From contig NC_134033.1 in the NCBI RefSeq assembly GCF_964204645.1, positions 6,348,231 through 6,412,230 of the forward strand: a stretch of 64,000 bases of DNA. Direction: 5' to 3'. The notes below the pieces were generated by a model. The model saw nothing but the letters and a program-made list of their open reading frames with translations, ran no database searches and was not told the DNA's origin. The position numbers were made by a program, and so were the translations under genes. Origin of the DNA: Tubulanus polymorphus. Lineage: Eukaryota; Animalia; Nemertea. Positions 1 to 12,860 of the stretch are shown one piece after another (within the stretch, counting starts at the first letter, position 1; each line of letters opens with the position of its first letter).

Positions 1-311
1 AATGAGATACTACAGAAATTATGAGATATATATACAATCCAGAGACAAAGAGACTAATTCAAGTAATCAGAGATGATACAAACTAAAGGAAAATTAACGT
101 AGAAACAGTTACACGCTAAAATGGATTAAAGGGAAGCAAACTAAGGGGTAATTATAAACAACAATAGTGAGTATAAATATAAATGAAACTTAAAGTCACT
201 AGTAAAAAGAAAGACAAACTAGGGGGCACTTAAATTAAAACAAAGGTGAATACAAGTTAAGTCAGAGACGAAATTGATGAGAGAACAAATAACAAATAAT
301 CAAAGGGGAAA

Positions 312-600
312 TCAAGTGTTGAGTTTAACCAGTTTACAGAGGAATTTTGATATAAGTTTATTATGGGGTGAAAAACCGTTGTTAAGGTTTACAACGTTGT
401 TCGAATTTTCAATAATTAATGCAGATTCCAAAATATGTCTTCTAGTTTTATCGCTGCAAGGGTAAATTAATTCAGCATTAGCAAAATCAAAATTGTGTGA
501 CGTCTGAAAAACATGACTAGCAACTCCGCTTTCAGGTTTAAAGTTTTTTACATCTAATTTATGCTCTTTTATGCGTTGATTAAGATTCCGACCTGTTTCT
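312..600 (-). mobile_element. Penelope-like retroelement fragment: C-terminal part of the GIY-YIG endonuclease
   Basis: Manual minus-strand translation (not in the ORF track because there is no start codon) gives ETGRNLNQRIKEHKLDVKNFKPESGVASHVFQTSHNFDFANAELIYPCSDKTRRHILESALI...NLNNG, ending at a stop at 312-314. This matches the (G)ETGR-L--RI-EH / S-VA-H / R-ILES pattern of PLE GIY-YIG domains. Positions 1-311 are T-rich on the minus strand, consistent with a 3' UTR. Confidence 0.75.
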
Positions 601-2330
601 CAGACTGGGGAAGATAATTAATAACACGAACCGGAACCAACATTTTAATAATCTTCCGACTATGTCCTTAATTCGATTTCCGATTTCAAAATCAAACCGC
701 TGATTTGCTCCTGGCAGGGTTGGTAATTTAGTAATTTGGTAACAGGGGTGGTTTATTTGCAAGTTACATAAATTTTCAATCAAATAAAATCGAAATAAGA
801 GGGAACCTATTTCATTGTCAACGACTCCAAGTATACTCTTCAACTGTGGAACTAGGTCCCTGGTTTTTGTAATAACTGCAGATAAGCTCATATCCACTTA
901 TATCACACTAATGATGCCTTATCAACGCCAGTATCGGGTCTAATTCACCGTCATAGGAATGCGCATAAAAATTATCGCTTGGTGGTTAATGATCGCATCA
1001 GCGATTTCCCGTGTTTAGTCACCTGACCAATTTCCACAGTCATGGGTTCCACAATCTTGGTGGTCGAAATATGATCAGTTCCAATCAGCCGTACAACGAG
1101 TATAGAAAACCCTGGTTCTGAACGTATGTATCAGAGGGCATTGTTCGTAGGCATACGGTCAGGCTTTGTAAGTGAATATTGAGCTAGTGGGTGAACAAAC
1201 TAATTCTCCGTGAACAACGAAACCCTCGTCAATAAAAGTACCGGTAATAATATGAATTGTCGAATCAATTATTCAAATATAAATAATAGGAATAACGTTA
1301 TATTATCATATAGTTTGCCCATTCCGCGACAGAGACTATAAATAACGAAACGCGACAGAAACTCGTTGTTAACTGTATATCGGAATACATACAATCTTAA
1401 ACCCAAAGAACCAGAGCTACTGTCAACGATTACTTTTCAGGTTTTGGATATTTCTTAAGATTTGCTTATTGTATCGTCTGCGATAAAACAGACGAAAAGG
1501 TCAGCAACATTTTCGGACATCAATTCATTTTGCAGCGGACGAAATGAAAAATGCCTTTTGATGTCTCGTATCGAAATACATGTTTTTGATTTACGCGGAC
1601 ACGGATTACTGCGAGTGATTTGTTGACTAAGGACTATGAGAATAAAAAGTGATGAACAGCGGATGCTTTTAACTACAACTCAGAACTAGTGGCGATGATC
1701 TACGCGATGATCTAAGATTCTTACACTCGGAGAAGATACACGTACATTACAATGGAACTTTGAACACGTGGACCGAAATGTGTTAGTATTTCGGCGTACA
1801 ACATGAAGACTTCATGAAAAAACATTGGAAACTGTATGTATTTCTATGAAGTTTATTGTGTTGTCAAGTTGTTCGCTGCTCCGGCAATGTACCAGCTTCT
1901 GGATGTACCAATCGAACGTGTTCTAAAGGTACCAGTCATACACTATTTTCTAAAGGTCAGTCAAAAAGTGGATTCTGAAGGTACTACTCAAAGACTTCAT
2001 TCTTAAGGCACTTGTGGCAGTGACCTGTAAAACACTAGATTCCGAAGGTACCGGTACCTGTGACGGTACAGTGTGGTGGTAGGCTACCACTTGCGTAGAG
2101 ATCTGTAAGGAAAATAATTTCGAAAAATACGTAGCAATGGAAATAAATTGCTAACCATTCCAGACAAAATGAAAGAAATAATTAGAATAGAAATTGATTA
2201 AATTTAATAAATTGATTAAATTTACGTTATATTTTCCACTTCCCGTGCGCAGAAAAGTGCGAGGTGAATATTAAAAGATACGAAGCACCGCTCGATTTTG
2301 AATGATTAAAAACTCCGTAACATCTTAAAT

Positions 2331-5300
2331 ATGCAGAAGTTATCGAGATATCTGATATTCACGCTGGTTTTTGTGGTAACGCTGATGGACTTCACGCTTA
2401 CCCGCGGCCTTGACACAACGGTGGTCGTGAATTTGAATGTGACATCTAAGCTATCGACGAAAAAACAAAAACTTGTCGACGAAACTGGATTAAAGCCACT
2501 CTCTTGCCGAAAGTGTGAGTTTAAGCATCAAAATTCACTTACTACCTTCATTACAGGTTCCATACAGTTCAGAGTTGAAAACGAACCAAATTCATTTCGA
2601 AGGGCTAGCGTTAATTTAACTAACAAATTGTGGATCTCAAAGGTCCAAGGGTCCAAATAAGTGAACTTTCTGAAATGCTCTGATAAATGGTCCACCGTTA
2701 CGCTTAACATCTTTTTATTTTTGTGGAAGAATAGTAAACTACATTATTTTCAAAAATACTCTAGTGTGGATCTTCAAACTCGTTATAAAGCAAACAAACG
2801 ATTCAACTAAGAAATTTTCCATAGAGACAATATGTGCAAAACACCAACGAGGCAAACAATTTTGATTTCAATGATGCTATTCCTTTCCAAATTTAAAACC
2901 GTTTGAATCGTTGCCGAATTGTAATTTTCAAATTTCTAGATGATTCCTTCTCCTTCTCTACTCTCTGTAGTTCCATATTATACTAGAATGTTTATTTGTT
3001 TTGCTTCCTGTGAATTTAAGATATGTGTTTCGCCGAGGCATTCGACGACGAAGAATATGGAAGTGGCTCTTGGCCAGATGTAGAATTGTGGCAGGAAGTG
3101 AGGATACCCTGTCCGCTAGGCGGCACTACTAATTCGAGTATGGTAACGCGTCAGTGCGTCGTAGATGATGAACAGGGAACCATCTGGGGTAGAATGAAGT
3201 TTGTCAATTGTCGGAGAACTCCCTTAGCTTATCGGATAAGCGATATACTGGCAGATTTAGCTATCGTAAGTGTCACTTTGAATGCCGTAATGTACAGATA
3301 ATTCCCGAGTTGCGAGTATTCTGCGTCGCAATGCATTCGGTATTACGGTATCGCCCGTGCAAATATCCAACCTATCTATCCTCTCTGCGTAGAATGATAT
3401 CTGAGCCACACTGGGCAACAGTATAATTGACGTAGGTAACTATCGTAACTTTCTTGACAATTCTCAGGGGCGGATCCAAGATTTTCAAAGGAGATGGTCT
3501 GCTTGTCATCCCCGTCAAAGAAAACAAAATAGTCTCTTTTTTCATGCATTCTTGGCGCTTTTCGGCACTGCTTGATTATCTCATACATGTTTAAAATGTA
3601 GCATTCGAAACCTGAAAATCGATGAAATATACGAAATTTCCATAAGGGTGAAAGATGCTCCAGCACCCAAAGCATCCCCTGGACCCACGCCTGATTCTGT
3701 AACAGAATTCCTCATGGGCATAAGTACGGACTAGGCGTAGAGTCAAAGATAGTCCTCGCCTATCAGAGGATGGTGATTGATCATCTAGTATCAGAATAGA
3801 TTACTCTGGTTACTCGTCGGTAGAAATAGGTAACGATACAACGGACATCCTCTGGGCGAACTTTACCTGTAGAAAGTGGTCGAACAATAGTCGCTATCAT
3901 TGGGGGAGCAATTGATAATCCGGTTGACTGTCTATTCAATACGGTGACGGAATTTCCACACACGTTTCTAACTTTGTACCATATCATGTGTCCTCGAGTT
4001 AGAATATTCTTTTTAGTCAAGAGCTACACCGATGAATCGTTCAGCTGAGGTTCTGAGTCGAGCTATTACCGAGGTGTGGTCCATCTGCACGACGTGTGGT
4101 ATAACGCCGTTCATATCGCATTCGATCGATAAGATTTTGACGCGCGTGGGTTTCAACACGAAGTTCAAGGTCACCGAGTTGTCCGACGGCGAAAAACTGA
4201 CCGAAATAGTAAGCATGCTGCTCGAATCCCCGACCGAAACGTTGGCTTACAAAATTGACCCCGCCATCCACACATTTGCCAGGTAAAAATAACGAAGAAG
4301 GATTTTCCAAAATAAGTTTAATCAATTTGCAACTTACACAGAAAACCAGGATTTCTGTGCGGTTATCGATTGTACCGATCCGGAATTCGGGATATTCTTC
4401 TCAGAAGAAGATTTCTGCCATCGTCACGGAGATGGCCGAAATAGCAAATAAAAAGATAGTTACATTCCATTTCTTGTAGAGTACGATAGAACGATCGAAA
4501 GACCTCCCTGTATTTCTTGCCCTGCTGATTTTCCTTTGATTTTGATTATTGCTAGATATTCAGCTATTTTCCCAAAAATTTATATTGTATACACTGTTCA
4601 TACTATATTCGTGACGAGGTAAAATACACAAATTGAACTAATGCTGCGATAATGATGAGAGACGTTATAGGCCAATGTGAACAAAAAACTATCACAGCTT
4701 CAAAAGATTCCCCGTAAACCACTGAGGATTATTTCGAAAAACTTTCTATTTCGCTGATTCTCAAAACGATATCTCGGCAAACTCAGTGATACAGTCCAAA
4801 AGCTACGAGCAAGGCCTACCTCGTAAACAATTAAGAATTGGTAACATTATTCTCCGATTTGGTTAAAGCAAACTGAGTGTTTAAGAAGACCCCAACGTGT
4901 CTTGAAAAGGTTTAAGCTTTAAACGGTTAAATTTTGATTGTTTTCCATATTGGAAAACATAAAGTTACTAATATCCTTTAAACCAAAAATTTTAAAAAGT
5001 TATACCTTTTTCACAAAACTGACCCTGCTCCGCACAGTCAACACTTCTGATGCATTTGTATTTATTGGAACAGAACATCGGACTTTCTGGCTTTTAAATA
5101 TCCTAAGTTGGTTCAGCTTACTTCTGGTGATGTTATTAATGTTATGGAGTCACAGTTTCTCAGGATTGTTGCGACGAAAAGTAATCGAGGTATAAAATCT
5201 ATATACGCTAGAGAATTAATAACACATTATCCCTCAAATCTGTGTGACCCTTGAACAAACGCGTTGATGTTCATTCATTTTCAGCTGAAAATACGTCATT

Positions 5301-8300
5301 ATCAGATGAAAAACAGCCGGCGAACATTAAGCCGATGAAAGGCAAAAAGAAAGAGTGGCGAAAAGTTATTTTTGACTCAAATAAGGTAAGCCAGCATGAT
5401 TACCAGTAAGTAGGATATGAAGTCTTCATTTACTGGTAAGACAGAATATCTGGATTGGGGGTAGGCGAGGATAAATGATATGTGAACAAAAAGAACTAGG
5501 GATCAGTTTTACAGAACAGCATTAATGTCGACTCTTAGTTGTTAACTCACTTGAAATGAATTGAGCTCAACCTCAGGTTGAAGTTAATACCATTTCATTA
5601 AACTGCGTCCAACTTAACTAACGTAATCTTGATTACGAGTAGGCAGGAATAAGGTCCGTAATATAAGACTCCAATTGCACAAATACAAATAAATTGCATA
5701 AATACATTGCTGCTTTCAAATATCTTAGTAAACCGATCTAATTCGGAATATGTGATTTTATTATCGTGAAGTAAATATCTGCATGCAGCTGCGTTCTTTG
5801 CGTTGCAGGATCCGGACAGAAGGTTGTATCGACGATTTTGTACTCGTAATGGTCTAGTAGACGAGATCGACCCCGTAACAGGTAAACATTAATACTCGTC
5901 CAGTCGGTGGCCCTGCAAATACTTTTGCTTCATAGGCCCGGTGTTTCCACGGAAATAACTTTTTTTTACTCTACCTCAGGGAGCCGCTTCCGTAGTTATG
6001 GCTTAGACTTAACTATCAGTCTAAGACCATCTTAGTACTATACCAATCTAACAACTTGAAACTAAGATTAAAGATTACTTAAGATTTAAGATTACTTTTT
6101 GACATATCGGTAGGTAATTCTTGACTATGGAACCGGTCCGACCCAATTCAGTCAATAGTTTTAGTCTAACTCTATATAGTTCACCTTTGTATCGTAACTT
6201 CTCTGAACCTATAAACTGTGGATCTGGTTCAAATTGCGGTAAGCATTCTATAGCAATGTATGAATTTGTTTGGTTCTTCACGTTAGGATCTAAATGGAAC
6301 GTCAGTGCTGCCTGTAGGCAAATAGAAGTTTTAAGCGATGGCCGGACTACGTGTATTTGCGATTTTTCCGCATTTTTGCCCCAGCCAGGCACGCATGGAC
6401 AGGTATTTTGCTCACGACCTATAGCTACGAATTCTAAGATAGTCTACATACTGCACATCCATTTTGTATAATTTCAGGGAGTGAAGATAAGGAATGCCGG
6501 CATAACATTTTGGGTAAAGATTCGGATAACTAATTTACACGATTGAAAAGCACCTACGAATGTGGTCGGAATTTATCTTTTCAGCGTTTTCGAAGCATCG
6601 CAGAACTGGCACGTGTCCAAATGACCTTGGCCTGTTTTTCGTTCGTATGCTTGCTATGTACCGCCGTCACTCTTTTATCATTCAAGTGAGTCGTCGGTCA
6701 TTTCGTTCATTGAACAACTTGTCTCTCTAAAATAATAATTGGATTCTTCATTACAATTTTGAATTGAACAGCCAATGAATATAACACCAGTCTATCTGTT
6801 TATCACATTAGGTCTGAGCTTCTAGGTAAGCTAACCCTATTGTTTGTACATTTTTAACCTCACGACAGGACGGCCTTTAAATGTTGCCCGCATTTGTGAG
6901 CAGCCAGCAGGACTTGCATTACAACAGATCACGCCTTGTACGACTGAGCTACTGAGGCCAAGCTCAGTTTTTGGCAAAATTCCTGATTTTCATATTCTGA
7001 CCAATAGTTTTCTGGACTCGATTTAAGTTTACCATTAGGTGACATTCTTTTTTCCGTTTACAAAATCAAGAATATAAACATTCAAAAAAGTTGTTCAATT
7101 TTAGAAAAATACTAGACACGAAAGTAGATTTTGATCAAACAGAATTCTTGATATCCTAGATGATCGTTGTAACGAGGTTCCATTGTTTAAAGTATATTCC
7201 ATTGTATAATCAGTTAAAACGAACAGATTTTCTGGTGTCCTTGAGATCGTTGTAGCGAGGTTCCAACTGTAGATGAGTTATAACGAACAAATTTTCTGGT
7301 ATCCTGAGGTTCCACTGCATATAGAAATATCGGTTATAACAAACAGATATATCGATTATAGCACTGTAACATTTTATATTTCTACCTCACTTTTCATGTA
7401 GACGCTACAGACAAGAACGAACTAAATTGATCTTGGTGAATTTGTGTTTCGCGTTGATGTTTTTCTACGTGATTTTCCTGTTCGCCTCGTTTCTTTCTGA
7501 TGTTCACCTATGCCCGGTGTCGTCTGCGATGCGTCTCTACATCATCCTCGTGTCGCTATCGTGGAATTTCGTCGAGGCTTTCAATATGTACCTGACGCTG
7601 GTAAAGGTACTGTCCAAACCGATCACGGCGTTCGTTAGAAAGGCGGCTATATTTGCGTGGGGTAAGTGTACTCGAGACAACGTATAGATTTCAACCTTCA
7701 CATAGCATAATGAGACCACTTGCTCAATAAATTTGGTTTAAGCAAAGATACATATCAGATATAAGATAAATACTGCGGTCAGAATCAAGATCTGATTTTC
7801 GCTTTAATTATTCTCTGTACACTTCTACCAGACCGTAAGTATACGTAGCATTTTTGCGGGTTTCAATGTTCTTAACAATACAAAGGAGATATGGCACGGA
7901 TCAGAGAAGAATTCTTGACCAAAAACCTGGCGCCACGCATAACAACACCACGGACGCTCAAATATGAAAAACCGACGTGCTTGACGCAAACCGGACGGTC
8001 ACGGATACAATATATCGAAATACAAATTTTCTGGATTTTTCGTTTTGAACAAAAGAAATTGGTATTGAAAGTCCAACAAAATCTGCTATTTCTATTTGTT
8101 TCTATTTTTACTCAGGGGTACCTTTACTGATAGTGTTTATCCCGTTCGCTGTTGATATCAATATTTACCAAGGTGAATGGATCGACTGTCAGTTTTTGTA
8201 AGTATTGAAATAATCTTAACCTCTCAAGCACAACACAGACTGTGTAACATTTCAGTCGATTCATCCGCCTGCTGAAACGAAAAACTGCCAAAAGTAACGG

Positions 8301-11212
8301 GGGCGACTATTTTCTCATTTTAAATGGTGAAATTAAGGCGTTAACGACCTTGAATCAGGATGGAAAGCACTTCGTTACCGAAATATTCAATTGCCACAGT
8401 AACAATTGGGTAGCGACCGCAAAAAAACACACGTAACATTAAAAGCGAGATTAGATTGTTAATCCGGATGCGTGCGGGATTGTTTTTTTTTTTAAGAAAC
8501 GAAAACAGATTACTGCAAGCGGGATGCGCATTTTTATTTCTTTTTTTTCTGACAAACTTTTTTTTACGCGCGCGGAAAATGAAATTTATGAGAAGTAAGC
8601 AATTTTTACGTGGCCTAATGGATCTTAAATTAAATTTTCATTAGAATTCAAATACACATTCATACATATTTCCAAATCTAAAGTTAGAACTGCCAGAATT
8701 GTGTGGTTTTTCAACACTGAGCTTTTGTACAGTAAAACTTGCCTTACACGGACGACTCCTAACTAACTCGGGAAAAAATAAATATATTTTCCTCTCTCGA
8801 ACTCGGATTTCGCTTACCCCAGACCGATTTTTCTGGTCTCAGTTTTGCACGGTTGTTTGTAACGATTTGAAAGAGCTGCCTAGAACCTACGGTACAGCTA
8901 ACAATTACTTTAACGTCATTAAGGGGTATTTTCCGCTTCATTTACGTTTAAAATAGGAAATGATTGGCGTTTTGGAAAGAAATTAAACGCATATCGTATC
9001 TCATTATATCGGCTTTAAAACGCCATCATAACGCATGAACAGTGCGTTTCAATAAGCATTTTTACAGTTTCCAGGCACCATTTTTTTTTTTTTTTTACTT
9101 AAAACTAATAATGATTATTGAAAACGGTAAAAAGTATTTTAGACTACATATAGATGTCTATTGATCTTAAAAACCTCAAAAAATGTAGATTACAATTTGT
9201 AAGAATTACGAACTTTTGAATGGGATGAGCAATAATTCAAGTTGAATTATCGGGAAGACGATATCAATGTTTATGACCTCACCAGAACACATTGTAGCGC
9301 TAACTTTATGAATGAGTAATATCATTAACAAGTTAATCGATATCTTTACTTTGTTGCTATTTTAATCCAATCCAGAAATTTAAACGGGGGGAAAATAGGG
9401 ACAAAAAATCAACAAACCGGACCCAGCGGGTACCCAAAAAATGGCGCCTGGAAACTGTAAAATGGCTTATTGGAACGATAAACGAAAACGCAAGGCGTTC
9501 AATACGCAACCGATGCGCAATTTGCGTTAAGTTAATTCTAAACTGTGTCGTAAAGGATGTTGAATATGAAATCAGTAGTTCACTACGTATGTTAATGAAT
9601 CAGATTATAACTGGTGTCACAGGGGCTTTCGTAAATGCGGCCATCTTTTGTTGAAGTGCACCCTTGACTGTACGATATTGATGAATATGTTAATCAATAG
9701 GTGTCGCATGAAGGTGCAGCCGATGGTTTTTCTGTTTGTAATCCCGATGACAGTCATAGTCTGCTGCAACAGTGTCGTATTCATACTCGTGTTGCGAGTT
9801 TTATACCAACGAACTAAAACCGGTAAATATATGTTCAAATCAAACAACGATTTCCGAATCAAAGAATTCCGTTGTGTTAATCGGACTACCAGTACGAGAG
9901 ACCGAAACACCCTGTCTTTCGATTGCGCGAAAAATTATTCTCGTGTGGTTCTGGGGCGGATCAAACAAAATTTGGAAGCTAGGGCTTTAAAAAGGGTGGT
10001 ATGTATGAATATAATTTTCAAAGAACGTCGGTTGGTTAGCCATTGCAACGAGAAAAATTCATCCGAAAAGTTGCACGAGGTTAAATACCAAGTTTGCCTC
10101 TTGTCTTCACGAAAATACTGACCTCGGTGGAAAGGCAGCGTTACGGACACCTCGGCCTAAACGGGGTTTAAATACTTTTGTTTTATAAGAAATGAAAAAG
10201 GGATTCTCAAAAAAGATCTATATCATTCTGTTCGAATATCAATTTAACGTCTTAACTTTAATTTTTCAGATAGAAGGGGTCACATGCAGCAGCTTCGCGG
10301 GGCCGTGGCTGTAATGGCCCTGCTCGGTATACCGTGGGTGCTCAGCGTTTTCGGGCTCCTGCCTTCCGAGCAAAATGGTTTCATTGATGCTGTGCAACTT
10401 TTCTGCCAGGTGGGCTACATACAATAAGCATAAGGCAACTTATTAGGCAACTAATTGCACCTTTTCAGTAAGGTACATTTCCAAATCTTCAATGCGAATT
10501 GAAGACTCTGCAGTCGACTGCGGTGTGGTCGAGAATTCCACTTGCACCAAGTTAACCAAGTAGCGGTGTGCAGTAAGGACAATTGACATGACTTAATAAT
10601 TTTCTCCAATTGAATGCATTATAACTTATCGCAATCTTAAAAATCTGTCTGAGTTCATCTAGAGATACCACTCGTCCAAATTTTGCAAGGGAGGCGAAAA
10701 ATCTGGATGAACTTTTGAAAAACATGGACTCGATTTTGACAGCTGGTGGCACCGACGTGTTTCTCACTTTTGCGCCACTTTGGTATTTGTTGAATGATTA
10801 TATTTACACTTCAATATTTCAGATTTGCTTCGTGTTATTTTTGAGTGCTCAAGGTGCGTTCATATTCTTTTTCCATTGTGCGCGTATGCCGGATGTACGC
10901 CAAAACTGGGCGCACCTGCTGACGTCAAGTCGCCTTTGCCAATCGTTGCGTGCCACGTCGAATGACTCGCTGTCTACATTGCAGACGGTTTTAGACGGAC
11001 CGACAAAGTGGAATCAACGACCGGAAAATTCATCTTCTAGAAAGACCAGCCGAGACACTACAGATACGGATTGCGTGCATCTAGAAGAAACGAGCGACCT
11101 TGGTGGTGCCGCGGCGCATTTGTCAAACTCAAAACAGCAGCAAGTCGAACATAGCAATGATAATACGATGAATCTGCCCAGAGTTAAAAACGTTGAAATG
11201 ACTTTGAATTGA
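2331..11212 (+). CDS. Adhesion GPCR (class B2): signal peptide, HRM domain, reduced GAIN/GPS, 7TM
   Basis: Phase-compatible GT-AG exons: 2331-2514 (signal peptide), 3021-3265 (HRM: C..W..CP..R.C..W..C), 4017-4282, an uncertain exon near 4350-4480, 5285-5385, 5809-5881, 6288-6402 (W....C...TTCIC), 6585-6685 (TM1), 7402-7661 (ILVNLC...WNFVEAFNMY...FAWG), 8116-8197 (GVPLLIV), 9701-9822 (TM5), 10270-10409 (LLGIPW), 10823-11212 (SAQGAFIFFFHC). These are secretin/adhesion-type 7TM signatures. Confidence 0.85.
3465..3693. mobile_element. Non-autonomous hAT5-type MITE (CAGGGGCGGATCC family)
   Basis: Imperfect TIR caggggcggatcca / tggacccacgcctg, with a 5-bp TSD ATTCT at 3460-3464 and 3694-3698. Confidence 0.65.
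5979..6139. mobile_element. Degenerate MITE, possibly PIF/Harbinger-like
   Basis: Inverted ends gggagccgcttccgtagt / actatggaaccggtcc and internal AAGATT short repeats. Confidence 0.4.
7160..7345. repeat. Cluster of pogo/Tigger-like MITE ends
   Basis: Three copies of the (cgttgtaac)gaggttcca(c/t)tg motif. A related end occurs at about 49555-49578. Confidence 0.4.
9045..9477. mobile_element. MITE with about 40-bp TIRs (Tc1/mariner-like)
   Basis: cgtttcaataagcatttttacagtttccaggcaccattttt is inverted against aaaaatggcgcctggaaactgtaaaatggcttattggaacg. Confidence 0.6.
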
Positions 11213-12860
11213 AATATTCAATTCTATCCATCGCTAGTAGATTCGAGCTGCCTGGAAGTGATAGATTTGCACACGTACATATTTTATAAACGCATTGTTC
11301 ATTTCTTAGCTGGGTGATTATTTCCAAATGTAAAAGAGTGTGGTCATCATTTTTGTGATACTCATTTCAAGTAAACTGCTATTGCCACGAAAATTATAAA
11401 CTGTTTCATTCATGAGTGCCCCAACTAAGTAAAACGTGTGCCCCGTACCCTATTCGTTCGGATGAAGATTGCGAATTATCGTCGCGCGCAAAGCAGCAAT
11501 TACCTTGACGATGACATGACTATAAAGCCATTTATGATAGATTACCGACTGTAATTAAATATGTATGTTTTTCTCTGCTGTCTCAAAAGGCGAAAGTGCA
11601 CGAATAAAAGTATACACCTAGCATAAATCTCGAATGCCTTAGTTGCAGCGTCAATAAGAGGGAATTTTCACCGATGGTGCTGTTATTCATTCCCAAGTCT
11701 ATTTAGTCGATTAACCAATCTTAACGCTATTCTATAATCATTTTAGCACAGTCTTACCTCAATACTATATATGATCATAGTAAGTTAATGGAACAGTGAG
11801 AAAAGATGCCCGTATGTAGTCAAATGTCGATAATCCATCATCCACAACTCTCAGTTAAACGCCAAAATCTTAAATTCTCGATCTTATTCAAAATAGGATA
11901 CCGCGTCACCAGCTAGATCCACGACCAGTTTGCGCGACTAAACAATGATTCATTGGCAATATACACCGTGCCGTGTCCGTTCATGGACGTATAAACTAGG
12001 TTATACGTCCATGGTCCGTTCAAACGAGCTATCTTACGTTTTTAACATACAACCTGAAAGTGGATTCACAGCTACTGAATGCATATCAATTTACCATTGT
12101 GTGTTTTCGTTATTACTTCATGGTCGGCAATTCATTTCCATGTTTATCATCTATCTAACTGTCTTTGCCCTCGTCAGCCCTTCAAGAGATGCGTATGGCT
12201 TTGACGTTTCGTCCGTCTTTCAGCAATACGTTATAGTGAGTGAATTTTGAGTGAATTTGTGAAAACTACATATTTTTTCACTGTGCACGAAATGTACGTT
12301 CGCAACTATATAGGCGATTAGTATATGAAAAAATGATTATCTAAAGATTACCGTTACTTTCGGTAATTGACTAATTGGGCAGCGTAGAATAAGCAAAATT
12401 TCATCCAAACTGGTGAAATACTACACCTGAGATACCACAGGCAACGTAAATTATTATATCTATATATTTTCCCTGTGCCTAAAGCCGTGCACTCGCCTCC
12501 GTTCAATAAGTCCACATAACGCAGGTGATGAAATGTAATCCTTCATTCAAACAGATATGGGAGCCAAGCTGACTGCAATCTTTTTATCTGGATAATGAGT
12601 GTCATGTGAGACGGACCCTCGTTAACTTGCACACATCACTTTTTGCTTCAGTTCTGCGGCACCATTCCAGGCGATTTTACACGAGAAGCTACAACGGCAG
12701 ACAATCATACGAAAGCCCGTGAGAACATGTGTCGTTTTCGGGGCGCCTACACGGTCTCTGGTTCGATCGTCACGATGTTTTCTTGCAGGCAAACGAATAT
12801 CTGTTCATATCTTTCTTGAATGAAATATATATCGCCTGTTCGGTCAAACTCGTCGCAAAG

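Noticed and set aside
1024-1080. Hairpin near the Penelope fragment resembling a hammerhead ribozyme (ctgacca...cgaaat...tcag)
   Set aside because: It lacks a CUGANGA core next to stem II on either strand.
1885-2070. Short AAGGTAC(C) repeats spaced about 24 bp apart, possibly coding
   Set aside because: The frames I checked contain stops, there is no splice context, and the repeat is too degenerate.
12729-12860. N-terminal extension of the class A GPCR in the ORF track
   Set aside because: It relies on a GTG start. In a eukaryote the first in-frame ATG, at 12861, is more plausible.
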